Assembly: GCA_019828565.1 (NCBI GenBank)
Contig: JAHDYR010000006.1
Coordinates: 248,001 to 312,000 of the forward strand
Length of the DNA: 64,000 nt
Origin: Carpediemonas membranifera BICM
Taxonomy: Eukaryota > Protista > Fornicata
Direction of reading: 5' to 3'
In this document: piece by piece, positions 12,206-23,280 of the stretch
How the letters are laid out: every line of letters begins with the position of its first letter
Numbering within the stretch: position 1 is the stretch's first letter
Translations under genes and position numbers: made by a program
The notes under the pieces: generated by a model
What the model was told of the DNA's origin: nothing
The model's input: the letters and a program-made list of their open reading frames with translations, nothing else
Databases searched by the model: none

Positions 12206-15200
12206 CTACCTCATCTCGTTCACATCATCCAGCACGCTCACCCTCGACGCCCGTCGATAGTTCGCTCTGCTCCTCGACGCCGACCCAAACTCGGGTGTAA
12301 TGACGTCGTCCAACCGCACAGAGGCGCCCGAGGCGTGCCCCATGGTCACCTGCTGGATAGATGAGGTCAGTGACTTCACCTGGGCCCGCTCCTCAGCCCC
12401 AGACCGACGGTGGAAGGCCGCGAGTTGGCCAATAGTTGACGCGTTTGCCGGGGTTACAGTGCCACTCTCGCCAGCCTCGCACAAATGAAGTACCTCTGCT
12501 GATACCTCGCACAAGGCAGCATCGTGGGCTGAAACGAGCGTGCTGATCGCCTGGAACGTCGACCCGAAGTCTTTGAGGCGTGCCCGAGTCTGCTCGACCA
12601 TCTTGGTTGTGTTGCCGATGCTCGCCTTGGCTTGGTCGACCCCGCGGTCAAGCTTGTCGATCATCTCGTCATGCTTCGACACCGCCGTGGCAGACGCGTT
12701 AACCTTGGTCTCGAGGCCGTCCAGCTTTGTGGACAGCTCGCGTGTCTTGCCCTCGAACTTGGTCTTGGCATCGCCCAGGCCCTTCTGGGCAGAGTCGGCA
12801 AGATCCTTGACCTTCCGAATCTCGGATGTAATCTCCGCCGTATCCTTTGCTGCTTCAGATACAGCCTCAATCTTTGCTTCGAGCGAGTCACTCAAATCTG
12901 TCACACTCAGCTTCACGGCCTTAAGCTCAGAGGTGCTCTCGTCCAGCCTGTTCGCCACTTGGTTCATCTTCGTGTTCGTGGTCGCGGAGATGTCGGCAAC
13001 CATATCTGCAATCTCCTGCGTCACGTCAACTCGCAGGGCATTCTGCTGCCGGGAGAGGTCCTCAGAGACGTCCTGGATGAGGCGTGTAACCTGCTCGCGG
13101 CTCTCCTCCCGGGTGTCCTGGAGCTGGATGCGGATGTCGCCCTCGATGGCCTCGAGGCTCTTGTTCATCTTGCGGAGGTTCGCGTCGGTCGTCTGAGCCT
13201 GCTTCTCGAGCGAAGTCGTCGTGGAGTCGAGCTTCTCGAGTTTGGTGGTGTGCTCGGCGACAGTGCGGACGAGTGAGTCAGATGTGCCAGTCATATCTCT
13301 AGATACGGAAGAGATCTTCTCAGATATCTGGCCGACCTTATCCTGCACTTCGGTAGTGACAGCATCGAGATCCTCAGCCACGGCGCGTCTGACGTCCCCT
13401 AGCTTCTCAACGACGTCCTCGGCCAGCTTAGCCTGGTTCGCCGACTGCTCTTCGCGGGCGCGATCGATGGCCTGCGCCGTGCTCTCGGATGTCCGCTCGA
13501 CAGCGCTGGCGTTTGCCTGGATGCGGATATCGAGCGCGTGGATCTTCTCGCCGATGGGCTCGAGTTTGCCGGAAAAATGGTCAGCGAGCTTGGCCTGCTT
13601 GTCCTCGAGCTGCCGGAGAGCTGGCGGGATCTGGGACAAATCGCCCTTGACCGCTGCAATCTCGCGGTCGAGATCGGCAGATGCGCCAGCCTTGACCTCG
13701 GCGATAGCAGTTGAGGCCTTCTCCGACACGGAGCTGAGTTGTTCAGCCAGAGTGTCGTCGGCCGCCTGGGACTGCTCCTGCAGTCTGCTGATGGCCTCGC
13801 GGACCTGATCATTGGCCACAGTCGCGGACTTGAGGTCAGCCTCACGGGCCTCGGTCCAGGTCTGGCGGGTTGACTCAACAGCCTGCATGGCGGAGTCGAA
13901 CTTGGTGGCGATCTGCTCAGTGACGACGGCGTCCTCGGCCTTGGTGACGAGCTCCTTCTCGAGCACAGTGATCCGCTCGGCCAGGGCGACGACGATGGCA
14001 CGGAGGTCCTGCTCGGCCTTGGTAACCGTGACCATATCGGCGTCCATGGTCTTGGCAGCCTCAAGGATGGCCGCCACCTTCTGGTCTGCCGCGTCAGCTC
14101 TAGTAGTCAGACCCGAGATGGCCTGGGCGTTTGCACTGAGGCCGGTCTCAAGCCTGTCGCTAATCTGCACGACGGCGTTGGTGATCTTGGCCGTGTCGTC
14201 CTCAAGACTCTTCACCCGACCCACAGCCTCGCCCTGCTGCCCAGAGAGCTTCTCAACAGCGTCAGTCACGGCACTGAACTTCTTCTCCGCGGTCTCGAGG
14301 TCAGCGTCACGCTGGTTGTGCATGCGGTTGAGCAGCTCGACAATTCCCTTGACGTCGTTCTGGGTCTTGGAGACGGCGGGAGAGACCTCGTTCAGCTTGC
14401 TGCCGATGCCCTCGACGACCTTGGCGAAGGTCTGAATGCGCTCGGACATCTTGGCGTCGTTACCGCTGAGCTTCTCGTCAACAATCTTTGTCATATCGGC
14501 CGAGCGGTCAGAGATCGCCTTAATCTTGGCCTCCTGCTTCATCAGAATCTCCCCGAGCTGGTCGATGATCTCCTTCTGCGATTGCTCTTGGAGAGCCACC
14601 GCGGCGTCGCGCTGCTTGATCACGCTCTCCTGGAGCTTGGCCACGTGGTCAGTGATGACAGTGACGTTGTCGTCAACGAGGCGCTTGATGGCGGTCAGTG
14701 ACTCATCTGTGTCGCGTGATACTTGAGCCAGCTGACCGTCAAACTTGTTCGATATGTCTGATCTGACACGCTCAGACTCGGCCTGCATGATCTTGGGGAC
14801 CTTCTCAATCGTATCTGCGATCCGCTCCTCCTGCTGGGCGATGATCTTGCGCGTGTCCTCGCCAATCTGGTCGACCCTCCGCTCCATGGACATAAACCTC
14901 GTGTCGAGTGACTCTCTCATCAGCCTGGTAACCCTGTCATTGACGTCGGCCTCGAGATTCTTCATAGTACTGCTGAAGGCCTGCTTGGCGTCATCGTCCT
15001 TCGCCTGTGTGGTGGCAATCGACTCCTGGACCTGGGTCTGCATGATCTCGACCTGCTTCTTGAGGCGCTTGAAGTCTTTCGCGGTCTTGGCTGACTCAGT
15101 AGAAGTCTGCGTAGTCGCTTTCGACTCAAGAGACTCGACCCTTGAAGCAAGGGCGTCGAGATCCTTGGACCCGACGACCGCCTTGATCTCGGCGACAGAC

Positions 15201-16003
15201 GCGGCAAGCGTCTGCACCGCCTCTTGGTCTGCGGTCAATGCGGCCTTGATAACCTCCACATCGGCTCTGGTGTCCTGGGTAGTCTTCCTCAGGCTGTTCC
15301 GCAGCTCCTCATCGCCGTCGTTCAGACGGGTCAACTTGCGCTGAGTTTTCTTGGAAAGCTTGATGCTCTCATTAAGGGCCTTAGACAGCTCGGCGCGGTC
15401 CTTGTTGATGGTTTCAACCATGCTGGCCTCGACCTCGACCTTTCCTGAGGACGTGACGCTCCGGCCGACGTGGGACACTGCCGGCCGATCCTCGGTTGGC
15501 GTCTGGAGGGTGTGCATCAGGTTCCTGCGTGTAGGGGACATGAACGTGGCCGCAGGGTCGATGGCGCTCTCGAGCACCGAGACGCGGTCTTCGAGTCGAT
15601 GGGAGCGGACGAGGTTATCCTGAGAAGCGAGGAGGTGCTTGCTGATCTTGTCCTCGATCATGGTGTCTACAACATGGTGCACGTCGGGCGTGAGCAAGGG
15701 CGCGTCCATCCTCATATCGTAGTTGCTGCGTATTTCGGAGCGAATGCGGCCGACGTCACGGGAAAGATGGTCGTTGGCATGTGACGCATAAGGCGTGCCA
15801 CTAGGTCTATATGGAGAGTCGTATACTTGATTTGCTGCATCGTGTCTTGAATACGCGTCCTGGGAGGCTGAAACAGGATGAGCGAACTTCACCTGTTGAC
15901 GGACATCCGTTGGATGCTCATACGGACCCGATGAAGGATACAGAGCCGGTGATGGGCGCCACGGTGTTCTTTCCGCTGTCAATGCGGCACCGGTAAGCGA
16001 CAT
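12206..16003 (-). CDS. Long coiled-coil protein (1265 aa)
   Basis: Uninterrupted ORF with heptad composition over about 1000 aa; the start codon is uncertain. Confidence 0.85.
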   Translation of the reverse strand: MSLTGAALTAERTPWRPSPALYPSSGPYEHPTDVRQQVKFAHPVSASQDAYSRHDAANQVYDSPYRPSGTPYASHANDHLSRDVGRIRSEIRSNYDMRMDAPLLTPDVHHVVDTMIEDKISKHLLASQDNLVRSHRLEDRVSVLESAIDPAATFMSPTRRNLMHTLQTPTEDRPAVSHVGRSVTSSGKVEVEASMVETINKDRAELSKALNESIKLSKKTQRKLTRLNDGDEELRNSLRKTTQDTRADVEVIKAALTADQEAVQTLAASVAEIKAVVGSKDLDALASRVESLESKATTQTSTESAKTAKDFKRLKKQVEIMQTQVQESIATTQAKDDDAKQAFSSTMKNLEADVNDRVTRLMRESLDTRFMSMERRVDQIGEDTRKIIAQQEERIADTIEKVPKIMQAESERVRSDISNKFDGQLAQVSRDTDESLTAIKRLVDDNVTVITDHVAKLQESVIKQRDAAVALQEQSQKEIIDQLGEILMKQEAKIKAISDRSADMTKIVDEKLSGNDAKMSERIQTFAKVVEGIGSKLNEVSPAVSKTQNDVKGIVELLNRMHNQRDADLETAEKKFSAVTDAVEKLSGQQGEAVGRVKSLEDDTAKITNAVVQISDRLETGLSANAQAISGLTTRADAADQKVAAILEAAKTMDADMVTVTKAEQDLRAIVVALAERITVLEKELVTKAEDAVVTEQIATKFDSAMQAVESTRQTWTEAREADLKSATVANDQVREAISRLQEQSQAADDTLAEQLSSVSEKASTAIAEVKAGASADLDREIAAVKGDLSQIPPALRQLEDKQAKLADHFSGKLEPIGEKIHALDIRIQANASAVERTSESTAQAIDRAREEQSANQAKLAEDVVEKLGDVRRAVAEDLDAVTTEVQDKVGQISEKISSVSRDMTGTSDSLVRTVAEHTTKLEKLDSTTTSLEKQAQTTDANLRKMNKSLEAIEGDIRIQLQDTREESREQVTRLIQDVSEDLSRQQNALRVDVTQEIADMVADISATTNTKMNQVANRLDESTSELKAVKLSVTDLSDSLEAKIEAVSEAAKDTAEITSEIRKVKDLADSAQKGLGDAKTKFEGKTRELSTKLDGLETKVNASATAVSKHDEMIDKLDRGVDQAKASIGNTTKMVEQTRARLKDFGSTFQAISTLVSAHDAALCEVSAEVLHLCEAGESGTVTPANASTIGQLAAFHRRSGAEERAQVKSLTSSIQQVTMGHASGASVRLDDVITPEFGSASRSRANYRRASRVSVLDDVNEMR

Positions 16004-16260
16004 AAGCGTTGCTGGTTTTTGATGCCAAAATTTCTGAGAAAAGATTGGTCCAGATCAGCATGGGCTGAGTAGCGGAAGTCTCGCCCCTCGCTGATGTCAT
16101 GTCGATGGTGGTGGCGCTCTCTGCCTGGAATAACCGCCGCTGTTTCTCCAGCCGTTTGATCGTTACATGGCACACAGCAACGCCGGAGAAACATACAACA
16201 CTTTAAATGGTCAAGCCTCGTTACCTTGAAGCAGGAATAGTACAATCTACACAATCTAAC

Positions 16261-18072
16261 CTAAATGTCGAATCCACAAATCTCTGTGAGCTCAATGCCA
16301 TCCACCACAATGCCTGTCTTGAGTCGACGGTAGAACTCGGCGCACGACCCGTCAACATCGTCGAACCACACAGGCTCGTCCACAGCCTCCACCTCCGACT
16401 CGAGCTCGACTTCAACGAACGAGACTTCTGACTCGACTCCAGAGTCAGAGTCAGAGTCACTACCTGAGTCAGTGGAGTCACTTGCACGGGCCGACACGGT
16501 CCCGTCCTTGAGCAGATAGCACCCGCCCTCCGCCCCGAGCCATGTGGTCGACCCGCGGCCCCTGATCGCCCAGATGACCTCTCTGTCGACCTCCCACACC
16601 CCGCCGTCGAACTTGGAGTAGTAGCCGAATGACCCAGTGTCGTCTGAGCGTACGAAGCACCAGCAGTTGGGGTCGATGAAGGCCCGCTTGATGCTGCAGG
16701 GCAGGCTGAGCTTAGTGGGGTGGAGCACCATCCTTCCGTTCTCCAACTTGCCGAACTCAAAGCTCGGGACTGTGCCTACACCGCCGTACAGCAGCTTCTG
16801 CCCGCTGACGAACACAGAGTACTCATTCAGCAGCGCCACGTCGTCAACAGGGAAGGGTAGCTCAGTGAAGACGTCCACCGGGTACTGGTGACCCACGCCG
16901 AGCCGGCCGCACCAGTTCTTGCCGACCATGAAGGCCCGTCGGTCCTTGATAAGGGCGATCCCGGCGTTGCTTAGCACCTTGTCGAAGTGGTCGCATGGAA
17001 GCGGGATGGGCTGAAACTTAGGCGATAGTTGGCCGAGACAGTGCGTCGTCTGGCCTGTAACCCGTGCTGTGAAGAACAGCATCGTCGTCGAGCCCGTGTG
17101 GAGTCGAACTGAGTCGATTGAGTCGAACAGCTCATGCTTCGACCAGTGTGCCAAGTCAGACTCAGCCTGGGCGATATGGTCGCTAAACTGCACCCTAGTT
17201 GGCCCTGTGAGGTCCTGGATCCGCTCGCCCCATGCAAACAGGCCCGCTGCGGTGACTGCGACGGAGTCACTCCCGACAGTATGAAATCTGATGATCGGGG
17301 CGGGCAGCTGGACCCTATGGTATCTCCTGACGACAAGCTCGGCGTCCAGTGTCGATGTGGCGTCGACTTTGTTACCACTCCACTGTACAGGACCCCATGA
17401 GAACAGCCGGCCCTCGTATAGGAGGAAGTGGAGCGGGTATAGGTTACTGCCGGACTGGATGTGGGTGCCGTCGACCTCAGAGTTGAAGCGGGCAAAGAAT
17501 AGCTTCTTACAGAGGAACCAGCAGGCGCGGGCGTGGGGGGAGTAGCCGTCGATGACGTCCGGCCTCTCGTCCAGCCCAGTCAGCTCAAACAGCGGGAACA
17601 TGCGCTCCTCCTTGTGTTCGAGGTCGGGGTCTGCACCAGCAGCCATCATCACTGCCCAAAAGAGCGCGGGTGAAAGGGAAACGATCGAGTGGGGCCCATT
17701 GGCGTGCGAGAGCGAGGTCTGCTGGATTGTGAGCTCCGGCCCGTCCGTTAGGATGTCCATGGCCCGCTTGAGGAAGATCGCAGCCGCCTTGTTCGTTGGC
17801 GGCGGGAGAGCTTCGAGCTGGCTCACAAGATCGTTGTACGAGATGTCCTCGGGACACACCAATGAGCGTGGTATGCTGCTGATACGCTTGCCATACTGGT
17901 GGAGGAATGCCGCTGCTAGAAGGGCAGGAACATTTCCAGGAGTCCCGTTTGTTTCGAGAATCGCCATCGTGTAAGCAAGCTGGTACTGGTGGAACTCCTT
18001 GCGAGAAGGGCCGTATATGATGTGTATGAGTCTCGTTAGAAAGCTCGGTGTGCGGGCATTCTCGTGTTCCAT
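16261..18072 (-). CDS. RCC1/BLIP-II-like beta-propeller protein of a lineage-specific family (paralog of 48302-50086)
   Basis: VTAAGLFAWG and GKNWCGRLGVGH...LPFPVD motifs; shares AGADPDL and WFLCKKxFFxR with the 48.3-kb gene; acidic SD-rich tail. Confidence 0.75.
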   Translation of the reverse strand: MEHENARTPSFLTRLIHIIYGPSRKEFHQYQLAYTMAILETNGTPGNVPALLAAAFLHQYGKRISSIPRSLVCPEDISYNDLVSQLEALPPPTNKAAAIFLKRAMDILTDGPELTIQQTSLSHANGPHSIVSLSPALFWAVMMAAGADPDLEHKEERMFPLFELTGLDERPDVIDGYSPHARACWFLCKKLFFARFNSEVDGTHIQSGSNLYPLHFLLYEGRLFSWGPVQWSGNKVDATSTLDAELVVRRYHRVQLPAPIIRFHTVGSDSVAVTAAGLFAWGERIQDLTGPTRVQFSDHIAQAESDLAHWSKHELFDSIDSVRLHTGSTTMLFFTARVTGQTTHCLGQLSPKFQPIPLPCDHFDKVLSNAGIALIKDRRAFMVGKNWCGRLGVGHQYPVDVFTELPFPVDDVALLNEYSVFVSGQKLLYGGVGTVPSFEFGKLENGRMVLHPTKLSLPCSIKRAFIDPNCWCFVRSDDTGSFGYYSKFDGGVWEVDREVIWAIRGRGSTTWLGAEGGCYLLKDGTVSARASDSTDSGSDSDSDSGVESEVSFVEVELESEVEAVDEPVWFDDVDGSCAEFYRRLKTGIVVDGIELTEICGFDI

Positions 18073-18335
18073 TGTCGTATCCCGCTTGACCCACCGTGAC
18101 TCGCCCTAACCTGCCCGGCCGCTCTCAGCCTTGCACAGCAGCACCACGCATGCACATGACAGTGTAGGCATGGGCGTCGACAGCCCACGGCCTCTTATTC
18201 TGCCTCCATGGCACCATCGTCATCGGCTTACCAGAGATCGTCGAGTCTTCCAAACCAAGAACACAAATGCAATCGAGTTCACGAATCTCCCCATTGCTAC
18301 TATTTACGTATGCCACAGTAAACCGTGCACATAAC

Positions 18336-20326
18336 TCACCCCACCTGGTCCATGAGGGCCTGATACTGACTCGGGTCCAAGTCAAGATCCTGCCAGTCCC
18401 GACTCAACCGCATCGAGGAGTCGATACCGCTCAGGTCAAGGCCCGCCGCCGGCCCTGCTCCGATCGTGCCAAAGGATTCCTGGAGCGGAGCCTCGGAGAA
18501 GGAGTCGGCATACGTGTCGTCGTCATCCTCATCGTTCTCCTCCTCCTCATCATCATCCCCATCGTTATAATAAACATCAGGGTCGGGCCGACTCCCCGAC
18601 TCAAGGGGCAGCCCGGCCGACCGACCCACGAGGTTCAGCCGGAACAGATCCCTCACCGCAATTTCCGGCACATCGCACGACATCCGGACTACCACCTCAA
18701 CCTGACCCTGGTCTGGGTGTGTCAGCCGACCGCCCATAGCGAGCATGTCGCGTGTGGCTGATGTGACGTGATATGTCCCCTGGTTCGACTCGCCCTGAGT
18801 CAGGGAATACCGAACGGTCGGAGCCGATAAAGGAACCATGGCCCTACCCAAGAACTCGGGCGTCGGCTCACGGGGGACCAGGAAAGAGACCTCGACCAGC
18901 GTTTGGTATAAATCGACTGCAAGGGAATCTGTCGCTGGAATGTGGAATGACGCCGACCCGTGTATGGGCCAAGTCGTCTGCCCGTGTTCTGTGGCGGCCG
19001 AATGAGAGCCCAGGTCAACTTCCTGCCTGATACCAGCCTTGTCGACCAGTTGGACCCTGACAATGACGGTCTCCGGATATTGGGCAGGTCCGGTCAGATG
19101 CACCAGCCCGACCGCTCGTGTCACTGTCACCTCCAGCGTCTCAGACCCTACAGGTTTAGGCGATTTTTGGGTTGGAGCAGGGGCTGCTTGGGTCTGGACC
19201 GGCACGAGGTCGTCCATATCAAGGTCTGCTTCACGTTCTTCGGGGTCAGAGTCGGTGAAGTCATCCTCGAAGTCAGAGCGTTGGGTCAGGTCGGTCTCCG
19301 ACTCCACATCGGAGTCGAAATCCATCGACTCCACCATTGGCTGCAGCTTCCTGGCCGCTATCACCGCGGCCGACCTCTGCGCCTTCTTCGCGTCCCCCTC
19401 GACGTCGACCCCGACGGCGAGGTCAGTCTGGGCAGGCGCGTTCCTCCTGACGGCCGGCTTGGGAAGTCGAGCCAGCTCTCGCCTGAACGCATCGACCCTG
19501 TCGCACTGAATCATGCCGTTCTCGTGAGTGTCGCAGAGGTAGACCTGGAGCAAGAGAGTGCCGATAGCATCGTGTGCGTCGTCCAGCAGGGAGACCCTGA
19601 GCGTGCTGATGTGGTTGTTCGGGTGCAGCGTCTGCTGGGCCGGCAGGGCGTAGGACCCTAGGCAGGCCGTGCCGAGGACATCGTCCTTGGTCGTCCCGTC
19701 CTTGTCGTGGATGGTGAACGTCAGCCTGGCGATCGTAAATGTCTCACCGCGGGGCCGGATGACGGTCTGCCGCCTCACGTGCAGGAGCTGCGTCCCATGA
19801 AACGCCACAGTCCTGCCGTTCACGGCACACGGCGTGAAGTTTGAGTCGATCTGACTCCCGTTGGCCGCCCTGTTAAAGATCTTGAGATACAGCCCGTCTC
19901 TCTGTGCCATGCTGGGGTCAGCGAGGTCCACGGACTCGATATGCAGCAGGATGTAGGGGTAGGCGTTGTCCGGGTCGGCCACGGTCATCTGCTGCCGCGC
20001 CTGGGTGGCTAGCGTGGTGGGGGGCGCGTGGTAGTTCACAGGGGCGGGCGCTGTTTGGCTCTCACCGACAATCGTCTGAAGGCTCTCGGGAAGTTTCGGG
20101 AAGCGGGCAGCGCGCCAGTCGTCTATTTCACCAATAACCTCCTTGGCTCTCGCTATTGACTTTTGGTAGCTGTCGTAGGACTCGACATTGTGGGGAACTG
20201 GATAAACAAAGGAAAAATCGACAAACAGGCACGTGCTGCCTCAGCAAGAAGCTTTCCTTGGCTAGCAAGATGATTGAGCTTGTCTTTGAGCGGCGCATCA
20301 TCCGGGATCGTGAACCATCCGGACAT
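18336..20326 (-). CDS. C2-domain-like protein with acidic regions; one 35-nt intron (20198-20232)
   Basis: The ORF-track frame stays open upstream of 20039. Splicing GTGCCT...ATCCAG joins it in frame to an exon starting MSGWFTIPDD at 20326. FTIHDKDGTTKDDVLG is C2-like. Confidence 0.7.
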
Positions 20327-20513
20327 CTGGCGACGGATTCTCGTCGTTTGCGCCAAAAGTGCGGCATCCGGAAAACGCTTCCAGGATGGCTCCGGCGTGT
20401 GTAACCGACCAGCACTGCTCTATGAGGCGGACGGGTTGTCTGATGGTAGAGAGATGGTTTAATAATATGTTCACTGGCACTGGCCAATGTTGTCGCGTCA
20501 GCAACCCACCGTC

Positions 20514-21032
20514 TCATCCAAACTTAGGCCGGGCTCGGGCCAGCTTGTCTCCAGCACCTCTCAGCATCGCCTTCATGTCCTGCATCCCCAGCATCTCCCC
20601 CGCCGTCGCCCTCACCGTGGTCACGTACTCAGTCTCGGGGCTCGACAACCAGTGCTCGGACTCCGACTCCAGCATGCGGTCCACATACGCCTCCTCCGTC
20701 TCATCTGGACGGCGGGCGTCGGGGTCGATTCTCTCGTCCTCGACGCCGTGGCGCATCTTGGCGTAGCGGGCCTGAAGCTGCTGGGTCAGAGCAACAGTGT
20801 CGGCGTCGCCAAAGGTGTCTCGCTTCCTCTCATAGTCGCTTGTAACAAGGTAGTTGTTCCGATTCGCCTGTGTGCTGTGGTATGAGACGTCTCCGACGGC
20901 TGCTTCGCCTTGGGAGGACACGAACTTCTTCCTTTCGTCCTTATCCGCCCCTTCTTCAAAGCCTGGCCGTTGTTGAAGGAACTTAGGGAAGACTGCGCCC
21001 GTTTGCTTCTTCTCAAAGGGATTCCTGCTCAT
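20514..21032 (-). CDS. Hypothetical protein (172 aa)
   Basis: ATG-started ORF with protein-like charged composition. Confidence 0.65.
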   Translation of the reverse strand: MSRNPFEKKQTGAVFPKFLQQRPGFEEGADKDERKKFVSSQGEAAVGDVSYHSTQANRNNYLVTSDYERKRDTFGDADTVALTQQLQARYAKMRHGVEDERIDPDARRPDETEEAYVDRMLESESEHWLSSPETEYVTTVRATAGEMLGMQDMKAMLRGAGDKLARARPKFG

Positions 21033-21189
21033 TTCAGGGCGCTGTGTCGAGCTGAAAATGATATATTTGCCCTCATGTAACTTTCCAGCAGAGCTGAGTC
21101 CGCCACAAGGTCTCGGGGGGCACTATCAGCCAGCCGGCACGAGGCCTAAACGTCGACTGACGTAAACGAGGACTAAACTGCACCCGTCG

Positions 21190-21339
21190 ATGGCAGCTGT
21201 CGAACTGCTGCTTGTGGGCATTATTGCGGCCTCACTTTATTCAATGCTGTTCTATCCAGAGCTGATATTGCTGATTTGGTCATTTGGGGGCGCTGCAACA
21301 CTTTCCTTTCTGTTCTTTTCCATATTCCGCGAATCCTGA
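21190..21339 (+). CDS. Candidate 49-aa two-helix membrane microprotein
   Basis: Manual translation: MAAVELLLVGIIAASLYSMLFYPELILLIWSFGGAATLSFLFFSIFRES*. It is preceded by TAAACTGCAC, which also occurs upstream of other ATGs. Confidence 0.4.
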   Translation: MAAVELLLVGIIAASLYSMLFYPELILLIWSFGGAATLSFLFFSIFRES

Positions 21340-21775
21340 GAGAATAGCTCGATTACCGATGGATTAAGGATCTGTTATGCGTCATTCTCATCATAATCGG
21401 ATCAAATAGAAATCTTCCTTTGTTCTCGTTCTCGTTCGAGGTTGTGTTCATCCACGTCCAAGACCAAGGACCGGTCAGACGTCGCAGGCCGGGACAGAGC
21501 ATGGCATTTCCGAGGACACTGTTCTTTTGGACAGTACATGCGAAGAAAGGCAAGACTGTCGCTGTCCGCGGCTGCTCAATCGTCCCACTCTCGTCTGGCG
21601 GGTTGCTGAAAATTGAACGCTGAAAGCTGAGATTTGAACTTTCTACCCCCTTTAGTGTGCATCCACGACACGGACTAGCTATGGAACGTCCCTAGTCTAG
21701 AGACCTGCGCGTGCATATAAAACGACCAACTTTTTTCATGCTGCTGCTTCGGGATCATCCTCTACGACCTTCCCG

Positions 21776-23203
21776 ATGTTCTCAGTCGCCAAGAAAAGCA
21801 TGAAGGCCAAGCAACACAAGCATGGCCATACGAAACAGGTGGAGAAGAGGCTCAAGATGTACAACTCGAAGCAGAAGCGTGATTCCAAGGGCAAGATCAT
21901 CTCTGGAGCGCTTGTGAAGGACTTAGATAAGCTAGATGGCCGCATAGCACCAAACCGGATGTGGTTCGAGAACACCCGCGTCATCGGACAGAAGGATCTC
22001 GCCACGTTCCGCGAGGAGATGGAGGCGAAGGAAGCCGATCCCTACAGCATGGTCGTACGCCACAAGAAGCTGCCTACCGCTCTCCTCGCCGACCGCTTCG
22101 AAGGTAACCGCGTCAAGATCCTCGAGGTTGAGAGCTTCGACAAGACTTTCGGCAAGTCTTCCACTCGCAAGCGCCCGAAGCTCGCTAATTTCGACATGGC
22201 CAAGATGGTAGAGGACGCCAAGGGCCGCACCGAGGGCTTTGAGCACACCACTGCCGAGGAGGAGGCCCGAGACGAGGGCCGCCACTGGTCACTGAAGGCA
22301 GGTCAGTCTCGCCGCATCCTCGCTGAGTTCTACAAGGTCATCGACTCCTCTGATGTTGTCGTGCAAGTGCTGGACGCCCGCGACCCCATGGGCACCCGGT
22401 CAAAGATGATGGAGAAGTACATGAAGCAGCCTGAGAACGCCCACCGCAAGATGATCTTCGTCATCAACAAGTCGGACCTCGTCAGCCCAGGCCAGCTCAA
22501 GGGGTGGGTGAACGTGCTTCGCAAGGAGCACCCCACCGTAGCCTTCCACACGAGCCTCTCTGCCCAGCACCGCAAGACGAAGAACCGCCGCCCTGCCCAG
22601 GACCGCGGCTTCGGCGTTGAGGCGCTCCAGCAGCTCCTCGAGCAGATGCCGAAGAACTTCAAGGACCGGAAGACCATCAGCGTCAGCTTTGTCGGCTACC
22701 CCAACACGGGCAAGAGCTCGATCATCAACACCCTGAAGCAGAAGACCGTCTGCTCGGTCGCCCCGATCGCTGGCGAGACGAAGGTGTGGCAGTACGTCTC
22801 GCTCACCCAGAAGATCTTCCTCATCGACTCGCCCGGCATCGTTTCACCTGACCCAGACCTGTCTGACGCTGACATCGTCCTCAGAGGTGTGGTCCGCAGT
22901 GAGAACATCGATGACCCCGCCCAGTACGTCGGTGCCATCCTTGAGCGGGCGGGCTTCGACAAGCTCGTCGAGGTTTACGACATCAAGGAGCCGATGGTGA
23001 AGCGGACCCCCAAGGCCTTCATGAAGGCGTTCGGCCGGCGTCGCGGCCGACTTATTGAGGGCGGTAAGGTTAACATTGGCGAGGTGGCCAAGATCATGAT
23101 CGACGACTACGTGAGAGGCGTTATCCCCTGGTCCGTGTTGCCCCCCGGATACCTAGAGCGGAAGGCACAGAAGGCAGCGGAGAAGGCGGCCAAGGAGGAA
23201 TAA
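21776..23203 (+). CDS. NOG2: Nucleolar circularly permuted GTPase Nog2/GNL2
   Basis: N-terminal KRLKMY...RIAPNRMWFENTRVI and GQSRRI..E.YKVIDSSDVV; G4 NKSD, G1 GYPNTGKSS and G3 DSPG in permuted order. Confidence 0.95.
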   Translation: MFSVAKKSMKAKQHKHGHTKQVEKRLKMYNSKQKRDSKGKIISGALVKDLDKLDGRIAPNRMWFENTRVIGQKDLATFREEMEAKEADPYSMVVRHKKLPTALLADRFEGNRVKILEVESFDKTFGKSSTRKRPKLANFDMAKMVEDAKGRTEGFEHTTAEEEARDEGRHWSLKAGQSRRILAEFYKVIDSSDVVVQVLDARDPMGTRSKMMEKYMKQPENAHRKMIFVINKSDLVSPGQLKGWVNVLRKEHPTVAFHTSLSAQHRKTKNRRPAQDRGFGVEALQQLLEQMPKNFKDRKTISVSFVGYPNTGKSSIINTLKQKTVCSVAPIAGETKVWQYVSLTQKIFLIDSPGIVSPDPDLSDADIVLRGVVRSENIDDPAQYVGAILERAGFDKLVEVYDIKEPMVKRTPKAFMKAFGRRRGRLIEGGKVNIGEVAKIMIDDYVRGVIPWSVLPPGYLERKAQKAAEKAAKEE

Positions 23204-23280
23204 TTTAATGTAAATATGCGGATATTGGGGAGGATCACTGTGCCTAGTTTGAATTAATCAAATATTGGTTAAACTGCACA

